Shown one piece after another: positions 8,914 through 18,691 of a DNA stretch of 64,000 nucleotides. Positions within the stretch are counted from its first letter, which is position 1. Every line of letters begins with the position of its first letter. The notes under the pieces are model-generated. The model was not told the DNA's origin and made no database searches. It worked only from the letters and a program-made list of their open reading frames with translations. The stretch comes from Nitrosopumilus sp. GTDB taxonomy: Archaea > Thermoproteota > Nitrososphaeria > Nitrososphaerales > Nitrosopumilaceae. A program made the position numbers and the translations under genes. The DNA lies in assembly GCA_965249555.1 (NCBI GenBank), contig OZ252243.1, positions 1,536,001 to 1,600,000 on the forward strand, given 5' to 3'.

Positions 8914-10179
8914 CTAGTCTGCCTGATTCTGTTTTTTATAGTCAAATAGTTTGCTTGCCAACTCCACTACATCAGGATTGCCTTGCTCTGATGCTTTTCG
9001 TATATTGTTCATTGGAGTTGAAACAATGCTTTCAACAACTGCCTTTGTTAATTCCTCAATAATCTTGATCTTTTTCTCATCTTTTTCACCAAGCATTTGA
9101 AGTGCTTTTTGTAATTCTTTTTCTCTAAGATTCTCTATCTTTTTGAATACTTCTTTTACCAGTGGTTCTGCATCCAGTCTTTTCATTGAGGCTTCTAATA
9201 CAGTTACTTCCTCGTTAATTATATTTTCAATGGTTTTGACCTTGTTTAATCGCGCCTTCATGTTCTTTTCAACCATCTCTGCAATTTGGTCGAGATTCAT
9301 CAATTTTACTCCACCAATAGTTGCAACTTTCTCATCAACTGTTCTTGGATTTGATAAATCTAAAATCATCATTCCATTGTTTTTGTCTTTCATAGCGTCC
9401 ATAATTTTTTCATGTGTTACAAGAAAATATGGTGCAGTTGTTGCCACAAACAACACGTTATAATTTTCAAATCCTGAAAGAACTTCTTCAAATTTGATTG
9501 GGGTTCCGCCCATTGTCTCACAAAATGCCTGTGATCTTCCAATGGTTCTACTTGCAACATCAAATGCATATCCTCTTCTTTGTAATGATTTTGCAACTAG
9601 AGTGGACACTTCCCCCGTTCCAATTAATAAAATTCTCTTTGTCTTTAATTCATCAATGTTTTCTTCTGCAAGTTTTACTGCCATGGAGCCAACTGAAATT
9701 CCGCCACGACCAATTCCACTAGAATTTCTAATTCTAGTTCCAATTCTAATTGCTTTATCAAATAAGGTGTTGAGATGTTTTCCTGACGCTTTTATCTCTC
9801 TAGCAGAAGTAATGGAATTTTTTATCTGGCCTAGAATCTGCTCTTCTCCTAATACCATGGAATCTAATCCTGATGTTAATTTTAACAGATGATGTAGTGC
9901 CTCTTGGTTTTCAACAAACTCCATATTTTCATCAAATGTCTCTTCTTCTAGTCCAGTAAGTGATGCCCATGTTTTCTTGATTTTATCTAGATCATATGTT
10001 TTTGATTTACCAAATAATTCAATTCTGTTGCATGTTTGAATAATTACACATTCATCTAGTCCTGAATGCTTTTTGAATTGCTCATATGCATTTTCCATAT
10101 TTTTTATTGTGAACTTTTCAAGAATGTGGATTGGTGAATTACGAAAAGTTACACGTGCATTGATGATATTTTGATTCAT
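8914..10179 (-). CDS. hemA: Glutamyl-tRNA reductase
   Basis: QTCNRIE and SGLDSMVLGEEQILGQ motifs, plus NADPH-binding IGTGE. Confidence 0.97.
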   Translation of the reverse strand: MNQNIINARVTFRNSPIHILEKFTIKNMENAYEQFKKHSGLDECVIIQTCNRIELFGKSKTYDLDKIKKTWASLTGLEEETFDENMEFVENQEALHHLLKLTSGLDSMVLGEEQILGQIKNSITSAREIKASGKHLNTLFDKAIRIGTRIRNSSGIGRGGISVGSMAVKLAEENIDELKTKRILLIGTGEVSTLVAKSLQRRGYAFDVASRTIGRSQAFCETMGGTPIKFEEVLSGFENYNVLFVATTAPYFLVTHEKIMDAMKDKNNGMMILDLSNPRTVDEKVATIGGVKLMNLDQIAEMVEKNMKARLNKVKTIENIINEEVTVLEASMKRLDAEPLVKEVFKKIENLREKELQKALQMLGEKDEKKIKIIEELTKAVVESIVSTPMNNIRKASEQGNPDVVELASKLFDYKKQNQAD

Positions 10180-10829
10180 TTCCACTTCCTCAATATTGTG
10201 ATGGCTTGCCTTTCGGCTTTTTTCAACTGTCCGTCTTTTATTAACTGTTCAATCTCTTTGTCAGCCATGATGCTCTGAAGATATTTTTTTCTCCGAGTTT
10301 GAGTGTGTATACTTTGTTTTGCTAGTTTTCTTGCGATCTGTTGGATCTTAATTTGAGCAATGTCTTCTTTTGTGATGATCTTTTTGAATATTTTCTCTGA
10401 TTGAATTCTAATCTTTTTTGACATTGCTGGACTGCGACCCCCTGTAAAAATTGCAATTTGAATCATATTTTCAAAATCAATTATTGCAGGATTTGAAAAG
10501 TCGCTGTCTTCTGGATTATCAGAACTATATACAATAATGTTCTTTCTTTTTGCACTGTTGATGATTTTTTGATTTAGTTTTTTATCATTGGTGGTTGTGA
10601 TGATGATGTTTGGTTTGAATTTTGAAATAAATTTTGTATCTTGAATTTTTTGTTTTTTCAATTTAATCTTCTTTGTTTTTACCAATTTGTTAATTTGTGA
10701 GTTAATTGAATCACTAATTATTAGAATATCACAATCTTGTTTTAACAATGAATTGATTCTTTTTTCTGCCTCATTTCCGCCACCAATAATCACTACTGTT
10801 TTGCCGTGAAGATTTAGATCAACTATCAA
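10176..10829 (-). CDS. sirC: Precorrin-2 dehydrogenase / siroheme synthase N-terminal type
   Basis: IIGGG Rossmann motif, DFSNPA and TGGRSPAMS. Confidence 0.9.
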   Translation of the reverse strand: MIVDLNLHGKTVVIIGGGNEAEKRINSLLKQDCDILIISDSINSQINKLVKTKKIKLKKQKIQDTKFISKFKPNIIITTTNDKKLNQKIINSAKRKNIIVYSSDNPEDSDFSNPAIIDFENMIQIAIFTGGRSPAMSKKIRIQSEKIFKKIITKEDIAQIKIQQIARKLAKQSIHTQTRRKKYLQSIMADKEIEQLIKDGQLKKAERQAITILRKWK

Positions 10830-10923
10830 CGATCAAAAAGACTAGAGTTTCTATTTATGTATTAAAAATCAATGCGTAAAATGCCAGCTACATTTTTAAT
10901 TGAATGTACAAGTTATTGACATA

Positions 10924-11949
10924 TTGACTTCTATGGATGAATTAGATAAGGAACTTCTCAATGAAATTCAATGGACGTTTCCACTTGTAACCCGACCTTT
11001 TGATGCTATTGCTAAAAAATTTGATACTACTCCAGAAATTATCAAAGAGCATCTAAATAATCTGAAAGAAGTTGGCATTCTGAGACAACTAAGTGCAATT
11101 TTTGATACCAGAAAACTTGGTTACACAAGTTCTCTTGTTGCAATGGAGATTGAACATGATAAATTAGAACATGTTGCAAATCAAATTAATCGTCATCCCG
11201 GTGTTAGCCATAATTATGAGCGTGAACACCAGTTTAATCTTTGGTTTACTTTGGCTGTTCCGCCTGGTGCAGATTTGAAGACAGAAATTGACAAATTCAA
11301 TGTTCTCAAAGGAATCAAAAAGGTACGAATACTTCCTACACTACAACTATTCAAGATTGGTGTAAAGCTTGACATGGTAGATGAAAAGAAACACGAGATT
11401 GCACCAACTGAAGAAAAAAAAGAGATTAAAAATATAAAATTTGAACCAACTGAAGACGATAAAAACTTTATTCGTGAATTACAAAAAGACATGGAAATCA
11501 TTGATGAGCCATTTGTAAAGGCTGCAAAGAATCTAGGAATTACTGAAAATGAATTGTTTGAAAAAATGAAACACTATGAAGACAATGGGGTGATGAGAAG
11601 ATTTGCAGCAATCTTAAGACATAGACAAGTTGGATTTACTGCAAATGGAATGATAGTTTGGAAAGTTCCTGAAGATAAAATATCTGAAGTTGGAGAAAAG
11701 CTAGGAGCATTTCCTCAAGTTAGTCATTGCTATGAGCGACCTACATATCCTGATTGGCCATACAATGTATTTTCAATGATTCATTGTAAAACTCAAGATG
11801 AAGCACATGAGATGGCAAAGACAATACAAGACCAAATCCATGTTCCTGAATACGACATTCTCTTTAGTTCACGTGAATTCAAAAAAGTACGAGTTGAATA
11901 TTTCGTAGAAAAATCCTTTTCATTCGAAGAGACTATACCTGCTTCTTAG
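10924..11949 (+). CDS. Fused siroheme decarboxylase (AhbA/AhbB, NirDL-like)
   Basis: Two Lrp-like halves with PGVSHNYER and VSHCYERP...WPYNVFSMIH; located in the heme cluster; start uncertain (10900-10933). Confidence 0.9.
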   Translation: MTSMDELDKELLNEIQWTFPLVTRPFDAIAKKFDTTPEIIKEHLNNLKEVGILRQLSAIFDTRKLGYTSSLVAMEIEHDKLEHVANQINRHPGVSHNYEREHQFNLWFTLAVPPGADLKTEIDKFNVLKGIKKVRILPTLQLFKIGVKLDMVDEKKHEIAPTEEKKEIKNIKFEPTEDDKNFIRELQKDMEIIDEPFVKAAKNLGITENELFEKMKHYEDNGVMRRFAAILRHRQVGFTANGMIVWKVPEDKISEVGEKLGAFPQVSHCYERPTYPDWPYNVFSMIHCKTQDEAHEMAKTIQDQIHVPEYDILFSSREFKKVRVEYFVEKSFSFEETIPAS

Positions 11950-12284
11950 AATTCATTCTCATCGTGTCCAACAATATGTTCTGTACAAAAATACTGATCA
12001 TTCATGTTACAATAGTATAGAGAATTCCCACCGCATACTTTGCATGGGGGTTTTTCATCTTGCTTTGATAGTTTTGTATGATATATCTTACTTCTGCTAG
12101 TGATGGCTGAATCTTTGTAAATTCTTGTCAGATTTGTATAGTATTCTAGTTCTACTGGGTTTAGTGGCTGTTTATTTTTGATTTTTTTAATAATTTTTTC
12201 CCATTTGTCGTACTTGCCAATTTTGGCAAGCTTCATTCTCTCTATAACTTCAAGTGTTTTTTGTGAATCAATTGGAATGTCCAT
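11946..12284 (-). CDS. Hypothetical protein with C-terminal Cys/His finger
   Basis: CKVC...YYCNMNDQYFCTEH. Confidence 0.75.
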   Translation of the reverse strand: MDIPIDSQKTLEVIERMKLAKIGKYDKWEKIIKKIKNKQPLNPVELEYYTNLTRIYKDSAITSRSKIYHTKLSKQDEKPPCKVCGGNSLYYCNMNDQYFCTEHIVGHDENEF

Positions 12285-12291
12285 CTGGTGT

Positions 12292-13290
12292 TTAATTTGC
12301 TTGAGGTGTTGCCTTTAATTCATACGAAGGCCATGTATTGTACAACTCTTCAATCTCTTTCATATCTGAGTTTGAAATGTATCCCCCTTTAGTCATTTCA
12401 ACATAATTGATTATTTCTTCTTCACTTACCATTGTAGGAAATACTGATGCAAATCCTTTCTTTGTCATGATGAATTTCATCGCCAATTCTGTAATGGTTA
12501 ATTCATTTCTTTCTGCAATTGATCTTATCTGCTCAACTTTTTCTAATGATGCCTTAATCCATTCTCCTTTTCTTACTGATCTGTGATCCTTTTCATCAAT
12601 TTTGGTATCTGCATTTACTTTTCCTGTTAGTATTCCTGATGCTTCTGGAACTCTAACTAGAATTCCAACATTTTTTTCTTCAGCTTTTCTCATCAATTCA
12701 TTTCCAGGAGTTTGCTCTAAGATATTGTAAACTGTTTGAACTGCACTGAGATTTGGTCTATCCATTGCCTCTAAACCTTCTTGTGTCCAACCAATTGCAG
12801 GGCCTAGTGCTACTTGGTATGTTTTGATGGATTCATCTGCAACAAAACTATCAAGCACATTAAAAATTGAATCATCTCTTATGTGAGTTAGTTTTGGATT
12901 ATGCAAACCATACATGTCAAGACGGTCTGTTTGTAATCTCTCTAAACTATTTCTTAATGCCTTTCTTGTAAAGTCTTCATCAAATTTCTGCGGAAGCTCT
13001 GTGTGTCCAATTTGCTCTACACCTTCAAAATCATAACCATATTTTGTAGAAATAACAATCTCATCTCTCATGTCTTTGAAAACTTCACCAATTAGTCTCT
13101 CACTTTTTCCTTTACCATACATATCTCCTGTCTCAAAAAGATTAATTCCTAAATCATATGCTTTTTTGAGCATTCTTTTTGCTTCATCTTCTTCAATTTT
13201 CTTACCCCACCAATCAAGCGCAATGGCCCATGCACCAAATCCTAATTCTGATACTTTGATGTCTGTTTTTCCTAGTTTATTGTAATTCAA
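12292..13290 (-). CDS. Aldo/keto reductase
   Basis: LGKTDIKVSELGFG, DMYGKGKSE, STK and SLERLQTD motifs. Confidence 0.93.
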   Translation of the reverse strand: MNYNKLGKTDIKVSELGFGAWAIALDWWGKKIEEDEAKRMLKKAYDLGINLFETGDMYGKGKSERLIGEVFKDMRDEIVISTKYGYDFEGVEQIGHTELPQKFDEDFTRKALRNSLERLQTDRLDMYGLHNPKLTHIRDDSIFNVLDSFVADESIKTYQVALGPAIGWTQEGLEAMDRPNLSAVQTVYNILEQTPGNELMRKAEEKNVGILVRVPEASGILTGKVNADTKIDEKDHRSVRKGEWIKASLEKVEQIRSIAERNELTITELAMKFIMTKKGFASVFPTMVSEEEIINYVEMTKGGYISNSDMKEIEELYNTWPSYELKATPQAN

Positions 13291-13407
13291 TTCTCTGTCT
13301 CCATTTGAAATTTCATCATTTATGTTTATCCGAGATTTTCATCATTGATTGTTGAGTATTATACGGAAAATATTTTGATTGTAGTTTGAATAATTTTTGT
13401 GAAAAAT

Positions 13408-14082
13408 TTAGCCCATACTTGTAATTAGCGGGATGATATCCTTTTTGACACATACAATCATCGGAATGTCATTTTTTACATATGTAGATACTTGAGTTTC
13501 TCTCAAATCCATGATAAGGTCTTGGAAATCTCTGATATCATCTACTTCAAATGCTAACATGAAATCCTCATCATGAATTCCAAAGGAGTATGTTGTGTTT
13601 AGTATTATTTGTGGATATTTTTTACTCACTCCTATATGCTCATCCATTATCTCTTGGCGTTTTTCTTTTGGTAATAGATACCACTCTCTTGTTTTAGTAA
13701 ATGGATATACTATTACGTGTTTTTTCGGTTCGGTTCCTGATAGAAAACCAAGCGCTTTTTGTTCTTGTACATATAGTGATGGTCGTGTACATGACAAATA
13801 TGTCCTAGATGGTATGATGTATTTTCCAAATACTGTTTTGTATAATTTTTCAATTACTATTTGAATTTCATCAACTGTTTTTGCAGCAAACCAAAACATA
13901 AAGTCGGCATCATCTCTTAATCCTAGATTTGAATAAGACCTAAACATTATTCCTGAATTTTTAATTATATTTTCAACCTCTTTTGCAGATTCTTCTTTTG
14001 CCAAGTCTGCCATCCATCTCCATTTGGGATCAACTTTGAAAAATGAGAAATTAAAATAATATTGATCATTGTCTTCTGACAT
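13408..14082 (-). CDS. Chlorite dismutase family protein (probable coproheme decarboxylase, ChdC/HemQ-like)
   Basis: VYPFTKTREWYLL, EHI and TTYSFGIHDEDF motifs. Confidence 0.88.
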   Translation of the reverse strand: MSEDNDQYYFNFSFFKVDPKWRWMADLAKEESAKEVENIIKNSGIMFRSYSNLGLRDDADFMFWFAAKTVDEIQIVIEKLYKTVFGKYIIPSRTYLSCTRPSLYVQEQKALGFLSGTEPKKHVIVYPFTKTREWYLLPKEKRQEIMDEHIGVSKKYPQIILNTTYSFGIHDEDFMLAFEVDDIRDFQDLIMDLRETQVSTYVKNDIPMIVCVKKDIIPLITSMG

Positions 14083-14128
14083 GTTTTCTCCAATTTTGAA
14101 ACCCTATTTAAACAAAAAACTAAATTCT

Positions 14129-14341
14129 CTATTGTAGAATCTCAATAATTTTCTGTTTAGATTTGTGGCCTGATTTTATATGTACAAGTGCAGTTGATAC
14201 TCCAAAATATTTTGCCAATTTTTTGATGATTTCTTTATTAGCTTCTCCTTTGATTGGTTTTGATTTTATTCCAATGTTAATTTGATTGTCTTTGATTTCG
14301 AGAAATTCTTTAGAAAATTCCACTTTAACTTTGTAAATCAA
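14129..14341 (-). CDS. DUF167/YggU family protein
   Basis: PIKGEANKEIIKKLAKYF...SGHKSKQK. Confidence 0.88.
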   Translation of the reverse strand: MIYKVKVEFSKEFLEIKDNQINIGIKSKPIKGEANKEIIKKLAKYFGVSTALVHIKSGHKSKQKIIEILQ

Positions 14342-14375
14342 TAGTTTTTTGAAAAAATGTTTTATTTAAATTTGA

Positions 14376-15146
14376 TTAGGCTGTTTGTTTTATGACCCAC
14401 TCATAACCCTCTGCTTCTAGTTTGTCTGCAAGGGTTGCATCACCTGTTTTCATGACTTGTCCTTCTGCAAATACATGTACATAGTCTAGTTTGTCTAAGA
14501 ATTTTAGAATTCTAGCATAGTGTGTAATTATGATTGTTGTTGCCTCTTTTCCAGAAACTTGACTGATTGCTTTTGCTACTGCTTGAACTGCATCAATATC
14601 TAAACCTGAATCTGGTTCATCTAAAATTGCAATCTTTGGTTTTAGTACTGCCATTTGCAAAACTTCTGCACGTTTCTTTTCCCCTCCAGAAAATCCTTCA
14701 TTAAGATATCTTGATAGAAATTCTTCTTTCAATCCTACTTTAGCTAAATTCTCTTTTAGATATTTTTGAAACTCTCTTACTGTAATGAAGACTTCTCTGT
14801 CGTCTCCTTCAAGTGCTTTACTTAACGAGTTGTAAGCTGTTCTAAGAAAGTGAGAAAATCCTACACCTGAAACTTCTGTTGGATATTGAAATCCTAAGAA
14901 TAATCCTTTCTTTGCTCTCTCATCTGCCTTTAAATCTAAAATGCTCTCACCATCAATCAAAATATCTCCTTTTGTAACTTGATATTTTGGATGTCCTAGT
15001 AATGTGTAAGCTAGTGTACTTTTTCCTGAACCGTTTGGTCCCATGATGGCATGTACTTCTCCAGGACCTGTCTTTAGATTGACTCCCTTGAGAATTTCTT
15101 TGCCTTCTCTTGTTACATGAAGGTCTCTAATTTCTAATACTGCCAT
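14376..15146 (-). CDS. sufC: Fe-S assembly ATPase SufC
   Basis: GPNGSGKST, FQYP, NEGFSGGEKKR and DEPDSGLD. Confidence 0.96.
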   Translation of the reverse strand: MAVLEIRDLHVTREGKEILKGVNLKTGPGEVHAIMGPNGSGKSTLAYTLLGHPKYQVTKGDILIDGESILDLKADERAKKGLFLGFQYPTEVSGVGFSHFLRTAYNSLSKALEGDDREVFITVREFQKYLKENLAKVGLKEEFLSRYLNEGFSGGEKKRAEVLQMAVLKPKIAILDEPDSGLDIDAVQAVAKAISQVSGKEATTIIITHYARILKFLDKLDYVHVFAEGQVMKTGDATLADKLEAEGYEWVIKQTA

Positions 15147-15229
15147 GTTGCGCTGTATTTCACTTCAATATATAATGCCGACGAAATTTAGCTAATCCTA
15201 ACAGTAATTCTTGATAATAAAATGAAAAA

Positions 15230-15239
15230 GGGGGGGGGG
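15230..15239 (+). repeat. G10 homopolymer between tfb and sufC
   Basis: Ten consecutive G; reads C10-T5 just after the tfb stop on the minus strand. Confidence 0.85.
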
Positions 15240-15246
15240 TGTAATG

Positions 15247-16197
15247 TTAGGCCAGAGTTGGTCTCAAAGTGATTTTGAGTTTGTAACATGTTAGAATCTC
15301 TTTACATCTATTTCTGATAGTGACCTCTGTGACGCCTGCAACACTTGAAACGTCTCTTTGAAGTACGTTTTGTCCCAGTAGGACTGATGCGACATACAGA
15401 TATGCTGCTGCAATTCCATTTGGTGCCTTTCCATCTGAAATGCTACTATCTTTGGTTTTTTCTGCAATTTCCAAGGCTAGTCTTTCAACTCTAACCTCAG
15501 TTTGTGTCATGTTTGCTATCTTTGAGATGTATTTGTCCATGGTTACAACTGGGGCAGTTAATTGTCCCATTTCCATTACCATGGTTCTATAGTATCTTGC
15601 TGCAAGTTTTGTTTTTGATTTAACATCTTTTGCTGGACAAATTCCTCGACAAATTTCTTCTAGTGATCTTACTACTGCACATTGTTTGCATGCCATGTAA
15701 ATTGTAGCAGCTGTAATACTAACTACTGTTCTTCCCTTCACATCAACATGTCCATCCAAGTTTCTGTATATCATAGAAGCAGTTTCCAACACATTCTTTG
15801 AAAGACTAAGACCATCACATGTCTCGCCCATTTTTGCTAAAACATTTGCAAGTCTTCTTTCTTTTGGTGAGGAAACTCGTATTCTCTGTTGCCATTTTCT
15901 GAGATTGTGCATTTGATTTGCAACTTCGTGGTTGATTGTTTTTCCACTAAAGTCCTTTGCACTAATTGAAATCTCAGTTGTTATTCCCAAGTCATGTTGA
16001 GAATAAGTTGTTTGTCCGGTTGCTCTTGCTAATCTCATTTTGTCTTCAAGATTCGAACTAATTGTTTCTGGACCACTATCTGCAATCTGATCAGCGACTA
16101 CAACGCCACAACCAGAGCAGATTATTTCACCATTCTGCATGTCATCAACTAATGTTGATTTACATTCAGGACAGTTTTGGGTTTCTAGTATGTTCAT
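15247..16197 (-). CDS. tfb: Transcription initiation factor IIB
   Basis: N-terminal zinc ribbon CPEC...CSGCG, two cyclin repeats, GVTEVTIRNR. Confidence 0.96.
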   Translation of the reverse strand: MNILETQNCPECKSTLVDDMQNGEIICSGCGVVVADQIADSGPETISSNLEDKMRLARATGQTTYSQHDLGITTEISISAKDFSGKTINHEVANQMHNLRKWQQRIRVSSPKERRLANVLAKMGETCDGLSLSKNVLETASMIYRNLDGHVDVKGRTVVSITAATIYMACKQCAVVRSLEEICRGICPAKDVKSKTKLAARYYRTMVMEMGQLTAPVVTMDKYISKIANMTQTEVRVERLALEIAEKTKDSSISDGKAPNGIAAAYLYVASVLLGQNVLQRDVSSVAGVTEVTIRNRCKEILTCYKLKITLRPTLA

Positions 16198-16463
16198 TTT
16201 TTTCTTCTCCTAAATTTTTTTGGTGTACTTACAGGAGATTGTTCAGATGCGAAAACACTTTTGCCAATGTATTTTTTGATATTATTTGTTAACGGAGTTG
16301 CTGATGCAAATGGTCTACTTACTGGACCAATCAGTTCCATTACTTTTGCAACTCTAGTTCCTTTTCTGTCACAGAGTATTTGTCCTTCAACTAGTTTGTC
16401 TGATAGCTGAATGATTACCCTGCCACTACCGGCTAGGTGCATTATTTCGCCTACCTCCTGCAA
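16194..16463 (-). CDS. gar1: H/ACA RNP protein Gar1
   Basis: ELIGPVSRPFA motif; conserved gar1-tfb context. Confidence 0.85.
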   Translation of the reverse strand: MQEVGEIMHLAGSGRVIIQLSDKLVEGQILCDRKGTRVAKVMELIGPVSRPFASATPLTNNIKKYIGKSVFASEQSPVSTPKKFRRRKK

Positions 16464-16536
16464 TTAAAGATTATAACATGATATTCTTATCATATACTTC
16501 TGTCAACTTTACTTTAGCTAAGAGCTAGATTTGATT

Positions 16537-16836
16537 TTATTTTGACTGTTTTGACCTTTTTAAAATTAGTTTTTCAGAAATTTTGTCAAGTATTATTGTC
16601 TTTGAGGATCCTTTTGGTAAAACAACATATCCTGACCTAACAAATGGTCTTTTTGGAAATCGTACCTTGTCATTTGATTCTGTAATTTCAAATCCTGCAG
16701 CTTTTGTTGCATCAATTAATTCTTTTAATGAAGGATCAAAAACACATTTCTTTAATCCTGCTCTTCTCCCTTTTGATTTTTTTAAATTCTTGTTGAAATA
16801 ATCCAGCCAGATTACGACATGTTCGTAATCTTTCAT
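16537..16836 (-). CDS. srp19: Signal recognition particle 19-kDa protein
   Basis: VIWLDYFNKNLKKSKGRR; rps8e-srp19-gar1 context. Confidence 0.88.
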   Translation of the reverse strand: MKDYEHVVIWLDYFNKNLKKSKGRRAGLKKCVFDPSLKELIDATKAAGFEITESNDKVRFPKRPFVRSGYVVLPKGSSKTIILDKISEKLILKRSKQSK

Positions 16837-16837
16837 C

Positions 16838-17221
16838 TTATTCTTTTAGTAAGACTGCGTTAGCTATTCCGTTTTGTCCTGGTCTAGAAACTATTCTACA
16901 TTTACCTTCTTGTATTTCTAGTATGGCGCCTTTTGTAATAATACCGCGTCTTTTATAATCATTGTTTGTAGCATTATCTAAAACTTTGAGGATTTTTGTT
17001 TTCTTGACTTTGGCATCTCCTGAAGATAAGTTAACAAAATCAATTGATTTCAAAGCTGTCTTTCTATTCTTTCCACGTACGTGTCTTGTTATTGTCACTT
17101 GAGCTCCATTAACTGGTTCATTCGGATATCTGTCAGTTTCATACTTTCGTCTAATTCTAAGTGGATGTCTTCTTCCTCCAGTTATTTTACTAGTTGCTAA
17201 ATTCTCGACGCACTTTCTCAC
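16838..17221 (-). CDS. rps8e: 30S ribosomal protein S8e
   Basis: KITGGRR and RRGIITKGA...SRPGQNG. Confidence 0.95.
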   Translation of the reverse strand: MRKCVENLATSKITGGRRHPLRIRRKYETDRYPNEPVNGAQVTITRHVRGKNRKTALKSIDFVNLSSGDAKVKKTKILKVLDNATNNDYKRRGIITKGAILEIQEGKCRIVSRPGQNGIANAVLLKE

Positions 17222-17287
17222 AAAACCTTGTCTGAATTACTCTAATTTATACAAAACGCAAAAAATTAGCCTTGGATTCAAATCTGT

Positions 17288-17866
17288 TTAGTTTAGTTCT
17301 GTAACAATTTGAGGAGTTGGATTTGTTTGTGTCATATTTGCTGTTTTTCTAATTTTGGAGAAAAGTCTTTGTTTTAGATCTTCTGCATCTCCTTGAATTC
17401 CAAAATATTTTTGGAACTTTTCTGATGTTGTGTAAATTTTCAATCTCCCGACATTTTGATGACTGATGTAATCTAATTGTCGTAGTTCTTTTAGATGTGC
17501 ATAAACTCCTGTTCCTCTCACTTCAACTAATTGTCTTGATGAAACCGGTTGCTGAAATGCAATATATGATAATGTCTTTAGTGCCGCATTTGGAAGAACA
17601 GGTTTTGAAGCATATTTTTTTACCGTAGCACTGTATTCTGGTTTTAATTGAAATACATATGATTCATCTGGAAGTATGACCACTTCAAGTGCTTTGAATG
17701 CTGACTTTGTCTTTTTCATAATATTGTTGAGTAATTCTAGTGTCTTTTTTCTTGATTCTGTGCCTGAGGCTCTGATCAAGTCTTCTACCCTGAGAGGTCT
17801 GCCTGCTGAGTAAAGCGCTGCTTCAATTCTTGCTGTTGCCTCATCCATGTTCACAATTTTAGTCAA
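17288..17866 (-). CDS. scpB: SMC-Scp complex subunit ScpB
   Basis: IEAALYSAGRPL, TLSYIAFQQP, VRG and YTTSEKFQKYFG. Confidence 0.92.
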   Translation of the reverse strand: MTKIVNMDEATARIEAALYSAGRPLRVEDLIRASGTESRKKTLELLNNIMKKTKSAFKALEVVILPDESYVFQLKPEYSATVKKYASKPVLPNAALKTLSYIAFQQPVSSRQLVEVRGTGVYAHLKELRQLDYISHQNVGRLKIYTTSEKFQKYFGIQGDAEDLKQRLFSKIRKTANMTQTNPTPQIVTELN

Positions 17867-17919
17867 TTATCTATCACTCCTCTGAAATCTAGTTAAAGAA
17901 ATCTTTTCTCCATAATTGA

Positions 17920-18597
17920 TCAGTTTGTTAATTCCTCTTTTATTACAGTAATTTTGATATCATCTTCGATTTGTTCAAGATCTACCTTTTGGTCTCTGGC
18001 TAAAAATAATATTGCAAAGAAACACCTAATTGAATCTGTTTGATCAAGATCTGCAATAATATCTTGAAGCAATCCAAATCCAGTTAATGAAATTTTTTTC
18101 ATAACCAAATCTTCGTATTTCCCAATGATACTTTCAAGTGAAATAAAATATTCTTGAAAGTCGGGAGCTTCAATTGGTTCAATCTCTAATCGTGTATTTC
18201 TTCTTGATTGAGGATTTGCAATTGTACCTATTAGATTTTGAAGCAATCCCAATAAATCATCTAATGAAACTGGATATGTTGATTCATGCCTAAATGGGAT
18301 GTCAATTAATTCAATATCTACATCTGTTCTTTGGTACATTGGTTTTTTCTCCATTGCCGCTCTTTGTAATGCAAAAATGCTCTCAACTTTCATTCTATAA
18401 ATTAATGATGATGATAGTGCTGCCATTCCTGCAACTTTGAAATCCTTTTTACCTGATTTTTCTAGGATTTTTATTAATAAATTTAAAATTTGAATCAGAT
18501 CAATATCCCAAACGTCTTTTTTGGAAACAGATGAGGGGCTAAATAGGATATTTACTGGATCTTGAGAAATACTATTTGGAGTTTCTGACTCGCCCAT
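17920..18597 (-). CDS. scpA: Kleisin ScpA
   Basis: DVWDIDL and FFAILFLA...LEQ; adjacent to scpB; probable start ATG 18597. Confidence 0.85.
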   Translation of the reverse strand: MGESETPNSISQDPVNILFSPSSVSKKDVWDIDLIQILNLLIKILEKSGKKDFKVAGMAALSSSLIYRMKVESIFALQRAAMEKKPMYQRTDVDIELIDIPFRHESTYPVSLDDLLGLLQNLIGTIANPQSRRNTRLEIEPIEAPDFQEYFISLESIIGKYEDLVMKKISLTGFGLLQDIIADLDQTDSIRCFFAILFLARDQKVDLEQIEDDIKITVIKEELTN

Positions 18598-18691
18598 ATG
18601 ATAACTTTTATCATATTCAATAATATCTAAGGGCTCTATTTTTCTCTCACTTCCAGTCAACTCTTATATTGTTATGACAAAAAATTAGCCT

